This document shows positions 9,768 through 18,629 of a DNA stretch of 32,000 nucleotides, piece after piece. The position numbers and the translations under genes were made by a program. The number at the start of each line of letters is the position of its first letter. Position 1 is the stretch's first letter. Source of the stretch: Thermodesulfobacteriota bacterium (lineage in GTDB: Bacteria; Desulfobacterota; WTBG01; JAGOGO01); the NCBI GenBank assembly GCA_026625185.1, contig CP113000.1, positions 2,355,622 through 2,387,621 on the forward strand. Direction: 5' to 3'. The notes under the pieces are model-generated. The model did not search any database, had not been told where the DNA came from, and saw nothing but the letters and a program-made list of their open reading frames with translations.

Positions 9768-11285
9768 TCAGGTGTTTGCGGTTACGCCGGGCAACCGGGT
9801 GTTTTTTGCGGTGTACGGCACCTCGATAAAAATCTTTGTGCCCTGGTTAACACGTGATAGAATTTTTATCTTACCGTGAAGAAGGGTAGCCCTTTCTTCC
9901 ATGCTTCTAAGCCCCATTTTTTTCTCACAAGAAGCGTTTATCATCCGATCTTCTACATTAAACCCTCTGCCGTTATCCTCAATGCTCAGAATGATATGAG
10001 GAAATGAGGCTATCAGTCTTACCCTTGCCTCGGTGGCGTGGGCGTGCTTCTTTATGTTGTGAAGAGATTCTTGCAGCAAGCGATACAAATTAATCTCAAT
10101 ATCCGGATCAAGCGCTAATTCATCCATCCCCGCAGAATAGTAACCAACCTTTACGCCGGTTTTTTCACCAAATTCTTCACAATACGCGCCAAAGGTGCGA
10201 GCTACGTCAAACTGGCCTAAGCTCGGAGGCCGAAGTTCATAGGCCAGATCGCGGACAGCCATGATAGAGTTCTTCAGCATGGTGGAAAATTCGGAAGCTT
10301 TTTTTTTAACCTCTATCAACGCGCCCGGATCAGAACAATCACGAAAGAGAGTGTCAATGCCGATTTTCAGGGTCGAAAGGTCCTGCGCCAAATGATCGTG
10401 CAATTCTCGAGCAATTTTTTGCCGTTCGGTTTCCTGCGCCTTCATAAGCTGCTGGCCTAAAATCCGGATATGCTGCTCAGCTTGGATTCGTTCGGAAATA
10501 TCCCGGATAAATGCCAAGAGAGCTGGTTTGCCTTCCCAAATTGTTTTTACTTCATTTACCTCCACCAGAAATGACTCTCCATTTTTTTTCATTGCGCGAA
10601 AAGAATACGGTGCAGATGATTTTTTAGACTGCAGCGAGTGGCGATGCTTTTCTTTTATCAACATCCGATCTTTGGGATCAATCAAGTCCATAAACCGGAG
10701 GCCTAATATTTCATTTTCCGGATATTCAGTTAATTCAAAAGTCTTACGGTTGGCAAATTTTATTTTCCCATTTTGCACCACAAGAATCATATCACTTGAG
10801 TTTTCGATAATCTCCTTATGTTTTATTTGCGATTCTCTTAACTCACGCGTCCTTTCGATAAAATCTTTTTCCAGTTGAAAAATTATATCTTCTGATTCTT
10901 TTTGCTGGACACCTTCGCGTTTCAGGATCGCTCTTTTAAGAATGGTAATTATATCAGGGACTTTAAAAGGTTTAAGGAGGTAATCAAATGCTCCATATTC
11001 AACCATTGACTGCCTAAGACTCTCGAAATTTGCAAAACCGGTTATGATGATAACTTCAATATGCGGGGCAATTTCCTTAATCTTTTTAAGAGTCTCAATC
11101 CCGTTCAACCGCGGCATTTTTATATCCAGGATAATAACATCAATAGGGTTTTTTTTGACAATCTCCAGCACCTCTATCCCATCAGAGGCTATAAAGACGT
11201 TATACCCCTCACCTTGCAACACAAGTCTTAGAAGGTGGCGGATGGGTGGCTCATCATCAGAAATGAGAATATTTTGTGGGACCAT
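9768..11285 (-). CDS. hybrid sensor kinase: N-terminal receiver + PAS + HisKA_3 + HATPase_c
   Basis: Receiver motifs are SDDEPP and ILDIKMPRLNG. A PAS-like segment follows (SSDMILVVQNGKIKFAN...). The HisKA_3 H-box is ERQKIARELHDHLAQDL and the ATPase motifs are N-box LQESLHNIKKH and EDNGRGF. No TM segment is present. It lies 56 nt upstream of the regulator. Confidence 0.9.
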   Translation of the reverse strand: MVPQNILISDDEPPIRHLLRLVLQGEGYNVFIASDGIEVLEIVKKNPIDVIILDIKMPRLNGIETLKKIKEIAPHIEVIIITGFANFESLRQSMVEYGAFDYLLKPFKVPDIITILKRAILKREGVQQKESEDIIFQLEKDFIERTRELRESQIKHKEIIENSSDMILVVQNGKIKFANRKTFELTEYPENEILGLRFMDLIDPKDRMLIKEKHRHSLQSKKSSAPYSFRAMKKNGESFLVEVNEVKTIWEGKPALLAFIRDISERIQAEQHIRILGQQLMKAQETERQKIARELHDHLAQDLSTLKIGIDTLFRDCSDPGALIEVKKKASEFSTMLKNSIMAVRDLAYELRPPSLGQFDVARTFGAYCEEFGEKTGVKVGYYSAGMDELALDPDIEINLYRLLQESLHNIKKHAHATEARVRLIASFPHIILSIEDNGRGFNVEDRMINASCEKKMGLRSMEERATLLHGKIKILSRVNQGTKIFIEVPYTAKNTRLPGVTANT

Positions 11286-11543
11286 AATTTCCCCACTCCC
11301 GAGAAATAAATTTGTATGATCTTATTCGCCATAACCCATGTAATGCGCTAACTTTATTCCTTCAAGCCTTCATTTTTTTGGACAAAATGATCTTTATTTT
11401 TACTAAATTTTTTACTTTTCGGCCGAAGATGTTATTATAAAACATTTTCTTATTCTTCTTGAGATGGCTTTCTGATCCCGAAAAAAATATTTTAGCACTT
11501 TATTAATTTATAGTCAAAATAGAACCATGCGGGGTACGCGATA

Positions 11544-12224
11544 ATGAGAAATGAACGCCAATGGAAACGAATGCTTTTTAAAGGCGGTAAAGTCTATGCC
11601 CAGGTGTCTCAGGACGGAACCTTACTGGAAAAAGACGGTGTGGTAAAAATCAAATATCAACTGCAGCAGGAAAATGAATATTCAGCCCGCGCGTCTGCGA
11701 TACAGGAGATTACAGAGAATGGACTAAAAAAATTGAAAAACCAGAGGAAGCAAAGTGGAAAAAAAACCACCATCAAAAAACCATCACCTGCATCAGAAAA
11801 AATTTTTGATGATAACACCATTTTCGTATTTACTGATGGAGCCTGTATCGGTAATCCGGGACCCGCCGGAATAGGAATTTTTTTCCAATACCGAGATCAT
11901 AAAAAAGAAATATCGCGTTTTATCGGAGCTGGAACCAATAATACTGCTGAGCTTATTGCCATAAAAGTTGCGCTTCAGGAGATAAAAGATCCTACCTTAC
12001 CCGTCGCGCTTTTCACTGACAGTTCGTACTGCTATGGGGTCTTAACCAGCTCCTTTAAAGCAAAAAAAAATCGGGACCTCGTGGAGGAGATTAAAAAAGA
12101 GATGCGCCGCTTTCCGCTGCTTAAATTATTCAAAGTCGAAGGCCACAAAGGGATTGAAGGAAATGAAAAAGCAAACCTTTTGGCCCAGCAAGCCGCTGCC
12201 CAGCCAAAAGGGAAAAATGCTTAG
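11544..12224 (+). CDS. rnhA: ribonuclease HI with ~100-aa N-terminal extension
   Basis: The C-terminal 125 aa carry RNase HI motifs TDGACIGNPGPAGIG, TNNTAELIA, TDSSY and GHKGIEGNEKANLLA. I did not recognise the N-terminal ~100 aa; it is not the classical hybrid-binding domain. Confidence 0.85.
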   Translation: MRNERQWKRMLFKGGKVYAQVSQDGTLLEKDGVVKIKYQLQQENEYSARASAIQEITENGLKKLKNQRKQSGKKTTIKKPSPASEKIFDDNTIFVFTDGACIGNPGPAGIGIFFQYRDHKKEISRFIGAGTNNTAELIAIKVALQEIKDPTLPVALFTDSSYCYGVLTSSFKAKKNRDLVEEIKKEMRRFPLLKLFKVEGHKGIEGNEKANLLAQQAAAQPKGKNA

Positions 12225-12559
12225 CCACGTCAAAGAAACTATTCAAATTTAGATTCGACTTTGGTTTCTTGCCACTCCCGCTTTCAATCTTTACCTTGGT
12301 AGGTTATTTCATGAGTTGTGTTGGTAATCATCCCCCAGTAAGCACCCGGCTCATCTTCCCGACTAATAATTTTTTTCTGTAAGAATGAAATTACAGGAGA
12401 TTTTCGTCAGTTCGGCCTAAACAGGACGGGTAATTAGACTTATCATCCTGAAGATCGATCCCCAGAAGTATCTCTATCCTTTTATCAATCGCCGGCCCAC
12501 CCAAGTCAGACAGCCGAGAGTCTTATAATCGGCCGGGAGGGAACGACGCTCTGTTTTTG

Positions 12560-12700
12560 AATGAACTAAGGTTTCGAAAAAACTCAGTGCTGAATCTGCG
12601 AAGCCCACTTGAAAATGTACCACTGCTTGCTGTAAAAGCTTTTGGAACAGGAGGGAATAGTCGAAGGAATCGATTATCGTGGGGTGCCCGTGAGGGTATG
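12560..12700 (+). promoter_or_regulatory. candidate riboswitch-like structured leader (class unresolved; cobalamin-like core segments)
   Basis: This is a GC-rich island in AT-rich spacer that stays open in both strands. It contains CAGTGCTGAATCTG (12585-12598), GCCCACTTGAAAA (12603-12615), CCACTG (12620-12625)...GGGAA (12653-12657) and AGTCGAAGGAATCG (12659-12672). These resemble, in order, cobalamin-riboswitch core blocks recalled from memory. The first GGGAA block and the P4 hairpin are missing. Confidence 0.3.
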
Positions 12701-12887
12701 CGGCAGGGGCCAGGGGAGAGGCGCAAAGTCAGGGAGGTACTTGATGCCTAACGATGTTAAAGGGGATTGGTGATCCTATGAATGAGCTAAAAGATTGGGT
12801 CATCTTTTTTCTCGAAAATCGACAATTCTCATTATAGGCTTTGCAACCGCCCGATAGTAATGATAGAGCAATTGGGGGAGGGGTGAT

Positions 12888-12910
12888 GACTGCGTGAGCA
12901 GTCTTTTTTT
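12888..12910 (+). terminator. intrinsic terminator / attenuator 85 nt upstream of the transporter start
   Basis: GACTGC-GTGA-GCAGTC is a perfect 6-bp stem with a GNRA-type loop, followed by T7 (12904-12910). Confidence 0.7.
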
Positions 12911-12994
12911 GGACAAGAGGAGAAAAATATGCTTTTATACTGAGGGGGAACGAATTTTTGTTTTTCATCAAATGTTGATGGGAGCGGAAAAAGT

Positions 12995-14116
12995 ATGAAC
13001 CTGAAAAATCACTATGATCGAATGGAATGGGCGGGCGCGTTTGGAGATTTGGGAACTCTCATCCCTTTTGCGATAGCCTATATCACGGTGGTAGGGATAA
13101 ACCCTTTAGGGTTTCTTTTCATGTTTGGCGTTTCAAAAATTTTAGCCGGCTTTTACTATAAAACGCCGGTCCCGGTTCAGCCGATGAAAGCTATCGGAGC
13201 GGCAGCGATTGCCGGAGGGGTGACCCCGCCCTTAATTTTCGGCGCCGGCATTACCACGGGAGTATTCTGGTTTATCATCGGTATAACCAATGCGACCAGA
13301 TGGGTCACGCACTTGGTAAGCAAACCGGTGGTCCGGGGGATTATGCTTGGGTTAGGCCTTTCTTTTGTGGTGGAAGGGATAAAACGGATGAGGGTTGCTC
13401 CTTTGCTCGCCGGCGTCGCTCTTGTTGTTGCGTATTTGCTTTTGACGAACCCTAAAATTCCGGCAATGTTTCTTATTTTAGTTATCGGGGTTGTTGCTTC
13501 ACTTATCATGAACCCGTCGTTGCTTTCTGAACTGGGAAAAATTCACTGTTGTTTTAAATTACCTGCCTTCAATCTTACGCACATAACGTGGGATGATATT
13601 TTAAAGGGCACCTTGCTCTTTACCTTACCCCAGATTCCGCTTACGGTAGGCAATGCCGTTATTGCCATTGTGGCTGAAAACAACGAACTTTTCCCTGACC
13701 GGAAGGTTAGTGAAAGAAAGATCGCGATTTCTACCGGGATTATGAATCTGATTTCTCCTCTTTTTGGTGGTGTTCCCATGTGTCATGGAGCAGGAGGAAT
13801 GGCCGGACATGTCCGTTTTGGCGCAAAGACGGGTGGCGCTTTAGTTATTTTAGGAACCATTGTTATTACTATCGCTTTATTTCTTAGCGAATCGGTGTTT
13901 ATCATTTTTAAAATCTTTCCTGATGCCATCTTGGGAGTTATTCTCTTTTTTGCGGGCGCTGAATTAGCGGTTGTCGTTAGGGATATCGGGGATAACAAAA
14001 CTGATTTCTACGTGATGCTTATTGTGGCTGGTTTTGCCATGTGGAATATGGGAGTGGGATTTTTGGTGGGAGTGGTCCTTTATAAGGCATTGAAAACAGG
14101 ATGGGTTAAAATTTGA
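12995..14116 (+). CDS. MOT1-type (SulP-related) molybdate/sulfate-family anion transporter
   Basis: 373 aa and polytopic. The N-terminal blocks GAFGDLGTLIP and TPVPVQPMKAIGAAAI match the two signature blocks I recall from MOT1 molybdate transporters (GDLGTYIP, PMPVQPMKSIAAVAI). Confidence 0.85.
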   Translation: MNLKNHYDRMEWAGAFGDLGTLIPFAIAYITVVGINPLGFLFMFGVSKILAGFYYKTPVPVQPMKAIGAAAIAGGVTPPLIFGAGITTGVFWFIIGITNATRWVTHLVSKPVVRGIMLGLGLSFVVEGIKRMRVAPLLAGVALVVAYLLLTNPKIPAMFLILVIGVVASLIMNPSLLSELGKIHCCFKLPAFNLTHITWDDILKGTLLFTLPQIPLTVGNAVIAIVAENNELFPDRKVSERKIAISTGIMNLISPLFGGVPMCHGAGGMAGHVRFGAKTGGALVILGTIVITIALFLSESVFIIFKIFPDAILGVILFFAGAELAVVVRDIGDNKTDFYVMLIVAGFAMWNMGVGFLVGVVLYKALKTGWVKI

Positions 14117-14307
14117 CGGCCGCCTTTCGTTCGGTTTGGCTGAGGCTGTCTAAATTAGCTTAAAATTATAATTAGTTCTATAAAATCTTCACGTTATAAT
14201 TTAAAAAAACCAATAAATTATTTGACAAATATTGTTCTTGACGGTATATGAATTAATTTCAAAAATGACTTTTACCTTCGGAAAATTCTTACGGGAGTCT
14301 AATTTCT

Positions 14308-15567
14308 ATGGGGATGACAATTACGGAAAAAATTTTAGCCGGCCATGCCGGGGTGAAAGAGGTAATTCCGGGAGAAATCATTAATACCCGGGTTGATGTG
14401 GCACTGGGAAATGACATCACTGCCCCCATTGCCATTGAAGAATTTCGAAAAGCGGGGGGCAAAAAGGTTTTTGATCACCATAAAGTTATTCTTGTCCCGG
14501 ATCATTTCACTCCCAATAAAGATATTTTTTCAGCAAAACAATGTCGGATTTTACGCGACTTTGCCAAGGAACAGAATCTGACTCATTACTTTGATCAGGG
14601 CGACGTGGGGGTGGAGCATGCGCTTTTGCCGGAAAAGGGACTTGTTTTGCCGGGTGACGTGGTTATTGGGGCTGACAGTCATACCTGCACGTATGGGGCT
14701 TTGGGCGCTTTTGCAACGGGCGTGGGAAGCACTGATTTGGCGTATGCGATGATGACCGGAGAAGCCTGGTTTCGGGTGCCGGAGACCATGAAATTTATTT
14801 ATAAGGGTAAACTTCCCCTCTGGGTAGATGGTAAGGACTTAATTTTATTTACCATTGGAGATATCGGGGTTGAGGGAGCACGATATCAAGCGATGGAATT
14901 TACCGGTGAAACAATAGCGGGACTCTCCATGGCCGGCAGGTTTACCATGGCCAATATGGCTATTGAAGCTGGAGCCAAAAATGGTATTTTTATTCCGGAT
15001 GAAAAAACGAAAATCTATGTTGAAGAACGAAAGACGCGGAAATACGCTTTTTATACTAGTGATCCAGATGCTGAGTATGCGGAGGTCAAGGAGTACGATA
15101 TTTCTCTTCTTGAACCTCAGGTTGCCTTTCCTCACCTTCCTTCCAATGTGCGGGGCATCAGCACTGTTGGCTCAATACCGATTGACCAGGTTGTGATCGG
15201 CTCGTGTACAAATGGAAGGATAGAAGATTTAAGGGTTGCAGCTCAGGTTTTGAAAGGTCGAAAAAAAGCCCCGTTTGTCCGATTGATTATTATTCCTGCT
15301 ACCCCGGTTATCTATCGGCAGGCTTTGGAAGAGGGACTTTTTCAAATTTTCCTTGATAGTAAAGCGGTTATCAGTCCACCTACCTGCGGCCCTTGTCTGG
15401 GGGGGCATATGGGAATTTTAGCCAAAGGTGAACGCGCAGTAGCGACGACGAATCGTAATTTCGTCGGTCGGATGGGAGACCCGGAAAGTGAGGTCTTTCT
15501 TGCAGGGCCGGCAGTGGCTGCTGCCTCGGCAATTCTTGGCAGGATCGGAGGACCTCAGGAGCTTTAA
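14308..15567 (+). CDS. leuC: 3-isopropylmalate dehydratase large subunit (aconitase-family, archaeal-type LeuC/HacA)
   Basis: 419 aa starting MTITEKIL. Aconitase-family motifs are [14 protein letters not shown] and a Cys-ligand region PTCGPCLG. leuD and leuB follow. Confidence 0.9.
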   Translation: MGMTITEKILAGHAGVKEVIPGEIINTRVDVALGNDITAPIAIEEFRKAGGKKVFDHHKVILVPDHFTPNKDIFSAKQCRILRDFAKEQNLTHYFDQGDVGVEHALLPEKGLVLPGDVVIGADSHTCTYGALGAFATGVGSTDLAYAMMTGEAWFRVPETMKFIYKGKLPLWVDGKDLILFTIGDIGVEGARYQAMEFTGETIAGLSMAGRFTMANMAIEAGAKNGIFIPDEKTKIYVEERKTRKYAFYTSDPDAEYAEVKEYDISLLEPQVAFPHLPSNVRGISTVGSIPIDQVVIGSCTNGRIEDLRVAAQVLKGRKKAPFVRLIIIPATPVIYRQALEEGLFQIFLDSKAVISPPTCGPCLGGHMGILAKGERAVATTNRNFVGRMGDPESEVFLAGPAVAAASAILGRIGGPQEL

Positions 15568-15594
15568 AAACCGTTAGTCCGTTGGCAGTTGTCT

Positions 15595-15657
15595 GTGGTC
15601 AGTTGATTGTTGTCCGTTGTATAAAAACTAAAATATAAACAATGGACAACTGACCAC
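15595..15657. repeat. long imperfect inverted repeat (hairpin) just after leuC
   Basis: GTGGTCAGTTG (15595-15605) plus TCCGTTGT (15613-15620) pairs with ACAATGGACAACTGACCAC (15639-15657). That is 11 + 8 bp with a 7-nt bulge, one G-T pair and an 18-nt AT loop. Related words GTCCGTTG and CAGTTG recur at 15578-15591. Confidence 0.7.
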
Positions 15658-15759
15658 GAATCGCGGACATTTGCAGGAAAGCTTCCGCATTGTATAGTGA
15701 GCGACAGAAATAAGTTAACATAAAAGGTGTGTTCTCTTTCTGCGCAGTTTCTTTAACGC

Positions 15760-15862
15760 GTCATTCTCGCGAAGGCGGGAATCCAGAAGGGTGGTCCATG
15801 AAGCGATAAAACTGAGCTGCTTTTTACCTGTCCCCTGGATTCCGCATCAAGTGCGGAATGAC
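15760..15862. repeat. MITE-like element with hairpin-forming terminal inverted repeats
   Basis: The left arm is GTCATTCTCGCGAAGGCGGGAATCCAG (15760-15786). The right arm is CTGGATTCCGCATCAAGTGCGGAATGAC (15835-15862). The arms are inverted copies (GTCATTC.CGC...GCGG.AATCCAG) and each is itself a stem-loop. There is no coding capacity. Confidence 0.65.
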
Positions 15863-15956
15863 AATAGCGGGGCCACAGCATGACAAAAAAGGAATGTCTC
15901 GTTATTTATGTCGTTCATTATAATTTTAAATAAAGACCTCGAGAAGGAGATTAACC

Positions 15957-16457
15957 GTGAAGTTTAGAGGGAAGGTCTGGAAATTTGGAGCCAACATTGA
16001 TACGGATGCGATCATTCCCGCCCGGTATCTCAACACGTCTGATCCGACTCTGTTGGCAAAACATTGCATGGAAGATGCTGATCCTGAGTTTATAAAAAAA
16101 ATAAAGCCGGGAGATATCATCATCGCCGAGCGGAATTTCGGTTGCGGTTCATCCCGCGAGCATGCCCCGTTAGCGATTAAGGCCGCGGGGATTTCGTGTG
16201 TGATTGCCAAAAGCTTCGCCCGGATTTTTTACCGTAACTCCTTTAACATGGGTCTTCCTATTTTTGAGTCATCAGAGATTGTGGATAATACGTCTGAAGG
16301 AAATGAAATCGAGGTTGACGCCACATCCGGTGAGATCGTCAATCTTACCCGCAATAAGAAATTTAAAGCAAACCCGATTCCTCCATTTATGCAGGAATTG
16401 ATTGCCAGCGGAGGATTAATGAAGTATGCTCAAAAAAAACAAATGAAAAAGGATTAA
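15957..16457 (+). CDS. leuD: 3-isopropylmalate dehydratase small subunit
   Basis: 166 aa with a GTG start 7 nt after AAGGAGA. Motifs include GANIDTDAIIPARYL, NFGCGSSREHA and a swivel-domain region. Confidence 0.9.
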   Translation: MKFRGKVWKFGANIDTDAIIPARYLNTSDPTLLAKHCMEDADPEFIKKIKPGDIIIAERNFGCGSSREHAPLAIKAAGISCVIAKSFARIFYRNSFNMGLPIFESSEIVDNTSEGNEIEVDATSGEIVNLTRNKKFKANPIPPFMQELIASGGLMKYAQKKQMKKD

Positions 16458-16460
16458 GCT

Positions 16461-17546
16461 ATGGGTAAAATGCACACGGTTGCGGTTATTCCTGGAGACG
16501 GGACCGGCCCGGAAGTCATTGCTGAAGGTATTAAAGTTCTCAACGCGGTATCCCAGATAGAAAATTTTAAAATTGAGTTCGTATTCTATGATTTTGGAGG
16601 GGACCGTTACCTTCGAACGGGAGAGGTTCTTCCCAACTCCGCTTTGGAAGAATTTCGGGAAATGGATGCCATTTATCTGGGCGCCATAGGCCATCCAAAA
16701 GTAAAACCAGGTATTTTAGAAAAAGGGATACTCTTAACTACCCGTTTTGAGCTGGATCAGTACATTAATCTCCGCCCGATAAAGCTTTATCCGGGCGTGG
16801 ATACCCCGCTTAAGGACAAAGGGCCGTCAGATATTGACTTTGTCGTGGTTCGCGAAAATACCGAGGGTTTATATACCGGAAGCGGGGGGTTTTTAAAAAA
16901 GGGGACACCGGATGAAGTGGCACTCCAGGAATCCATCAACACCCGCAAAGGGGTAGAACGTTGTTTGCGGTATGCTTTTAATTTCTGCCGCAAACGCAAC
17001 AAAGAGAAAAAACTTACCCTGTGTGGCAAGACCAATGTTTTAACGTATGCTTTTGATCTCTGGGAAAGGGTTTTTCATGAGGTGGCCCAGGAGTTTTCCG
17101 ACGTTAAAACTGATTATGCTCATGTTGATGCCACGTGTATGTGGATGGTGAAAAATCCGGAGTGGTTTGATGTGATCGTCACTGATAATATGTTCGGCGA
17201 CATCATTACCGACCTGGGGGCCATGATTCAGGGAGGCTTGGGGGTTGCCGCAGGAGGGAACATTAACCCTGAAGGAGTTTCCATGTTCGAGCCGATGGGG
17301 GGATCGGCACCGAAGTACACGGGTAAAAACTTGATCAATCCGATTGCGGCAATTTTCGCGGCGCAGATGATGGTGGAAGAATTGAAAGAAGAAAGTGCCG
17401 GAAAAAGAATCGAAAAGGCAGTGATGAAGGTATTGGCCCATGACATAAAAAGTGTTTCAGCCGGACAAATGGGCCATACTACCTCAGAGATCGGCGATTT
17501 AGTCGTGAAGTATGTGGCGGAGGAGAAGAAAAGAGTTTCCTCGTGA
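16461..17546 (+). CDS. leuB: 3-isopropylmalate dehydrogenase
   Basis: 361 aa with [23 protein letters not shown] and [17 protein letters not shown], typical of the isopropylmalate/isocitrate dehydrogenase family. It begins 3 nt after leuD. Confidence 0.9.
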   Translation: MGKMHTVAVIPGDGTGPEVIAEGIKVLNAVSQIENFKIEFVFYDFGGDRYLRTGEVLPNSALEEFREMDAIYLGAIGHPKVKPGILEKGILLTTRFELDQYINLRPIKLYPGVDTPLKDKGPSDIDFVVVRENTEGLYTGSGGFLKKGTPDEVALQESINTRKGVERCLRYAFNFCRKRNKEKKLTLCGKTNVLTYAFDLWERVFHEVAQEFSDVKTDYAHVDATCMWMVKNPEWFDVIVTDNMFGDIITDLGAMIQGGLGVAAGGNINPEGVSMFEPMGGSAPKYTGKNLINPIAAIFAAQMMVEELKEESAGKRIEKAVMKVLAHDIKSVSAGQMGHTTSEIGDLVVKYVAEEKKRVSS

Positions 17547-18100
17547 GGGTGTTTGGTGGAACATTGCAAGGCAGGCGCTTACAAACCTGCCAGGTGGCAT
17601 CGCTTCGACCAACATCGGAAAAGATACGGGAGGCGTTATTTAACATCCTTGGCCCGTTGTTAGCCAAAGGTCCGGTTTTAGACCTTTTTGCCGGCACCGG
17701 TAGTTTAGGGATTGAGGCTTTGAGCCGGGGGATGGAACGGGCGGTTTTTGTTGAGCGTAATGCCGCCATCATTTCCATTTTAAAGAGAAATATTAGTCAT
17801 TGCCACTTAGAAGAGAAGTCTGAGGTCATTGGGTTTCCGGTAAGTAAAGGACTAAAAATACTTAAATCACGCAACGAAAAGTTCGCATTGATTTTTTTAG
17901 ACCCTCCTTACCAGGAAAAGCTTGCGGGAAAAACCTTGCTGGAGATTAGCGAGGCGAAACTCGTAACGCAGGATGGCCTTGTTATTGTAGAACATTCATC
18001 CAAAGAAATACTCAAAGAAAGTTACGGAAGTTTAAAAATGGATGATCAGCGCACGTATGGACAAACCTTAGTTTCTTTTTTCACTTTATTACTTTATTAA
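17543..18100 (+). CDS. rsmD: 16S rRNA (guanine966-N2)-methyltransferase RsmD
   Basis: The GTG start overlaps the leuB stop by 4 nt. Motifs are RPTSEKIREALFNIL, the SAM motif LDLFAGTGSLGIEALSRG, and FLDPPY. Confidence 0.85.
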   Translation: MRVFGGTLQGRRLQTCQVASLRPTSEKIREALFNILGPLLAKGPVLDLFAGTGSLGIEALSRGMERAVFVERNAAIISILKRNISHCHLEEKSEVIGFPVSKGLKILKSRNEKFALIFLDPPYQEKLAGKTLLEISEAKLVTQDGLVIVEHSSKEILKESYGSLKMDDQRTYGQTLVSFFTLLLY

Positions 18101-18128
18101 TTTAACTTTAATATGAAAAGGGGGTTTT

Positions 18129-18629
18129 ATGGAGCGAACCGCAGTGTATCCAGGATCATTTGATCCCATTACGAATGGACATCTGGATCTCATTCGGAGA
18201 GGATTGAATGTTGTTGATCATCTCATAGTGGCTGTGGCAATCAATCCGGCTAAAACACCTGTCTTTACGTTGGAAGAGAGACTGGAAATGATAAGAAGAG
18301 CTGTGGGTGATAACCCCAGAATAACCGTAGATAGCTTCGAAGGTCTCGTGGTGGATTATCTCCAAAGGTGTAATACGCACATTTTGCTTCGCGGTTTACG
18401 GGCAGTTTTAGACTTTGAATACGAATACCAGATGGCGCTCATGAACCGGAGGATGGACCGAAAAGTAGAGACCATTTTTATGATGACCGGATATAAATGG
18501 TTTTATGTTAGTTCCCGGATTATCAAGGAAGTTGTTTTTTCGGGCGGAACAGTGGAAGGCTTGGTTCCTGATTTTGTGAACCAGAAGTTAAAAGTAAAAT
18601 ACCAGCAAAGCAGACAAAAAAAAATTTAA
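18129..18629 (+). CDS. coaD: phosphopantetheine adenylyltransferase
   Basis: 166 aa with YPGSFDPITNGHLD (the T/HxGH nucleotidyltransferase motif) and the ISS..I(K/R)E region. The rsmD-coaD pairing is common. Confidence 0.95.
   Translation: MERTAVYPGSFDPITNGHLDLIRRGLNVVDHLIVAVAINPAKTPVFTLEERLEMIRRAVGDNPRITVDSFEGLVVDYLQRCNTHILLRGLRAVLDFEYEYQMALMNRRMDRKVETIFMMTGYKWFYVSSRIIKEVVFSGGTVEGLVPDFVNQKLKVKYQQSRQKKI

Noticed and set aside
12237-12380. Minus-strand reading frame ..IISREDEPGAYWGMITNTTHEITYQGKD* that looks protein-like.
   Set aside because: It is bounded upstream by a stop, with no ATG, GTG or TTG start before the last 17 codons. It is too short to evaluate and is possibly a gene remnant, but that is not supportable.
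12523-12751. Two overlapping ~65-aa ORFs on opposite strands (12523-12726 minus, 12557-12751 plus).
   Set aside because: Both are open only because the segment is locally GC-rich. Neither has an SD, and both products are R/G/P/S-rich. I interpret the segment as structured RNA, not protein.
12490-12910. Resemblance to RNase P RNA (GAGGCGCAAAGTCAGGG vs GAGGAAAGTCCGGGC; GCAACCGCCCGATAG vs GCAAACCGCCGATGG; GGGGTGATGACTGCGTGAGCAGTC vs GGGTGAAAGGGTGCGGTAAGAGCGCACC) and to the SRP RNA tetraloop region (GGCC-GGGA-GG).
   Set aside because: There is no ACAGAACCCGGCTTA-type 3' partner for P4 downstream. The only similar string (12509-12532) lies upstream, which is the wrong order. The AGCAAGGCCAAATAGGGG block is absent, and the element would end ~170 nt too early at the terminator. 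The SRP-like stretch lacks the conserved AGCA/GGAA symmetric-loop residues.
13177-13998. Several 60-110-aa minus-strand ORFs inside the transporter gene.
   Set aside because: They are antisense to a hydrophobic membrane-protein gene, whose G/A/V/I-rich codons give open antisense frames. They have no start signals or motifs.
14117-14307. Possible leucine leader peptide or T-box upstream of leuC.
   Set aside because: No Leu-rich mini-ORF, no T-box consensus and no terminator/antiterminator pair was seen. Only a moderate promoter-like TTGACA-17-TATATG (14222-14250) is present.
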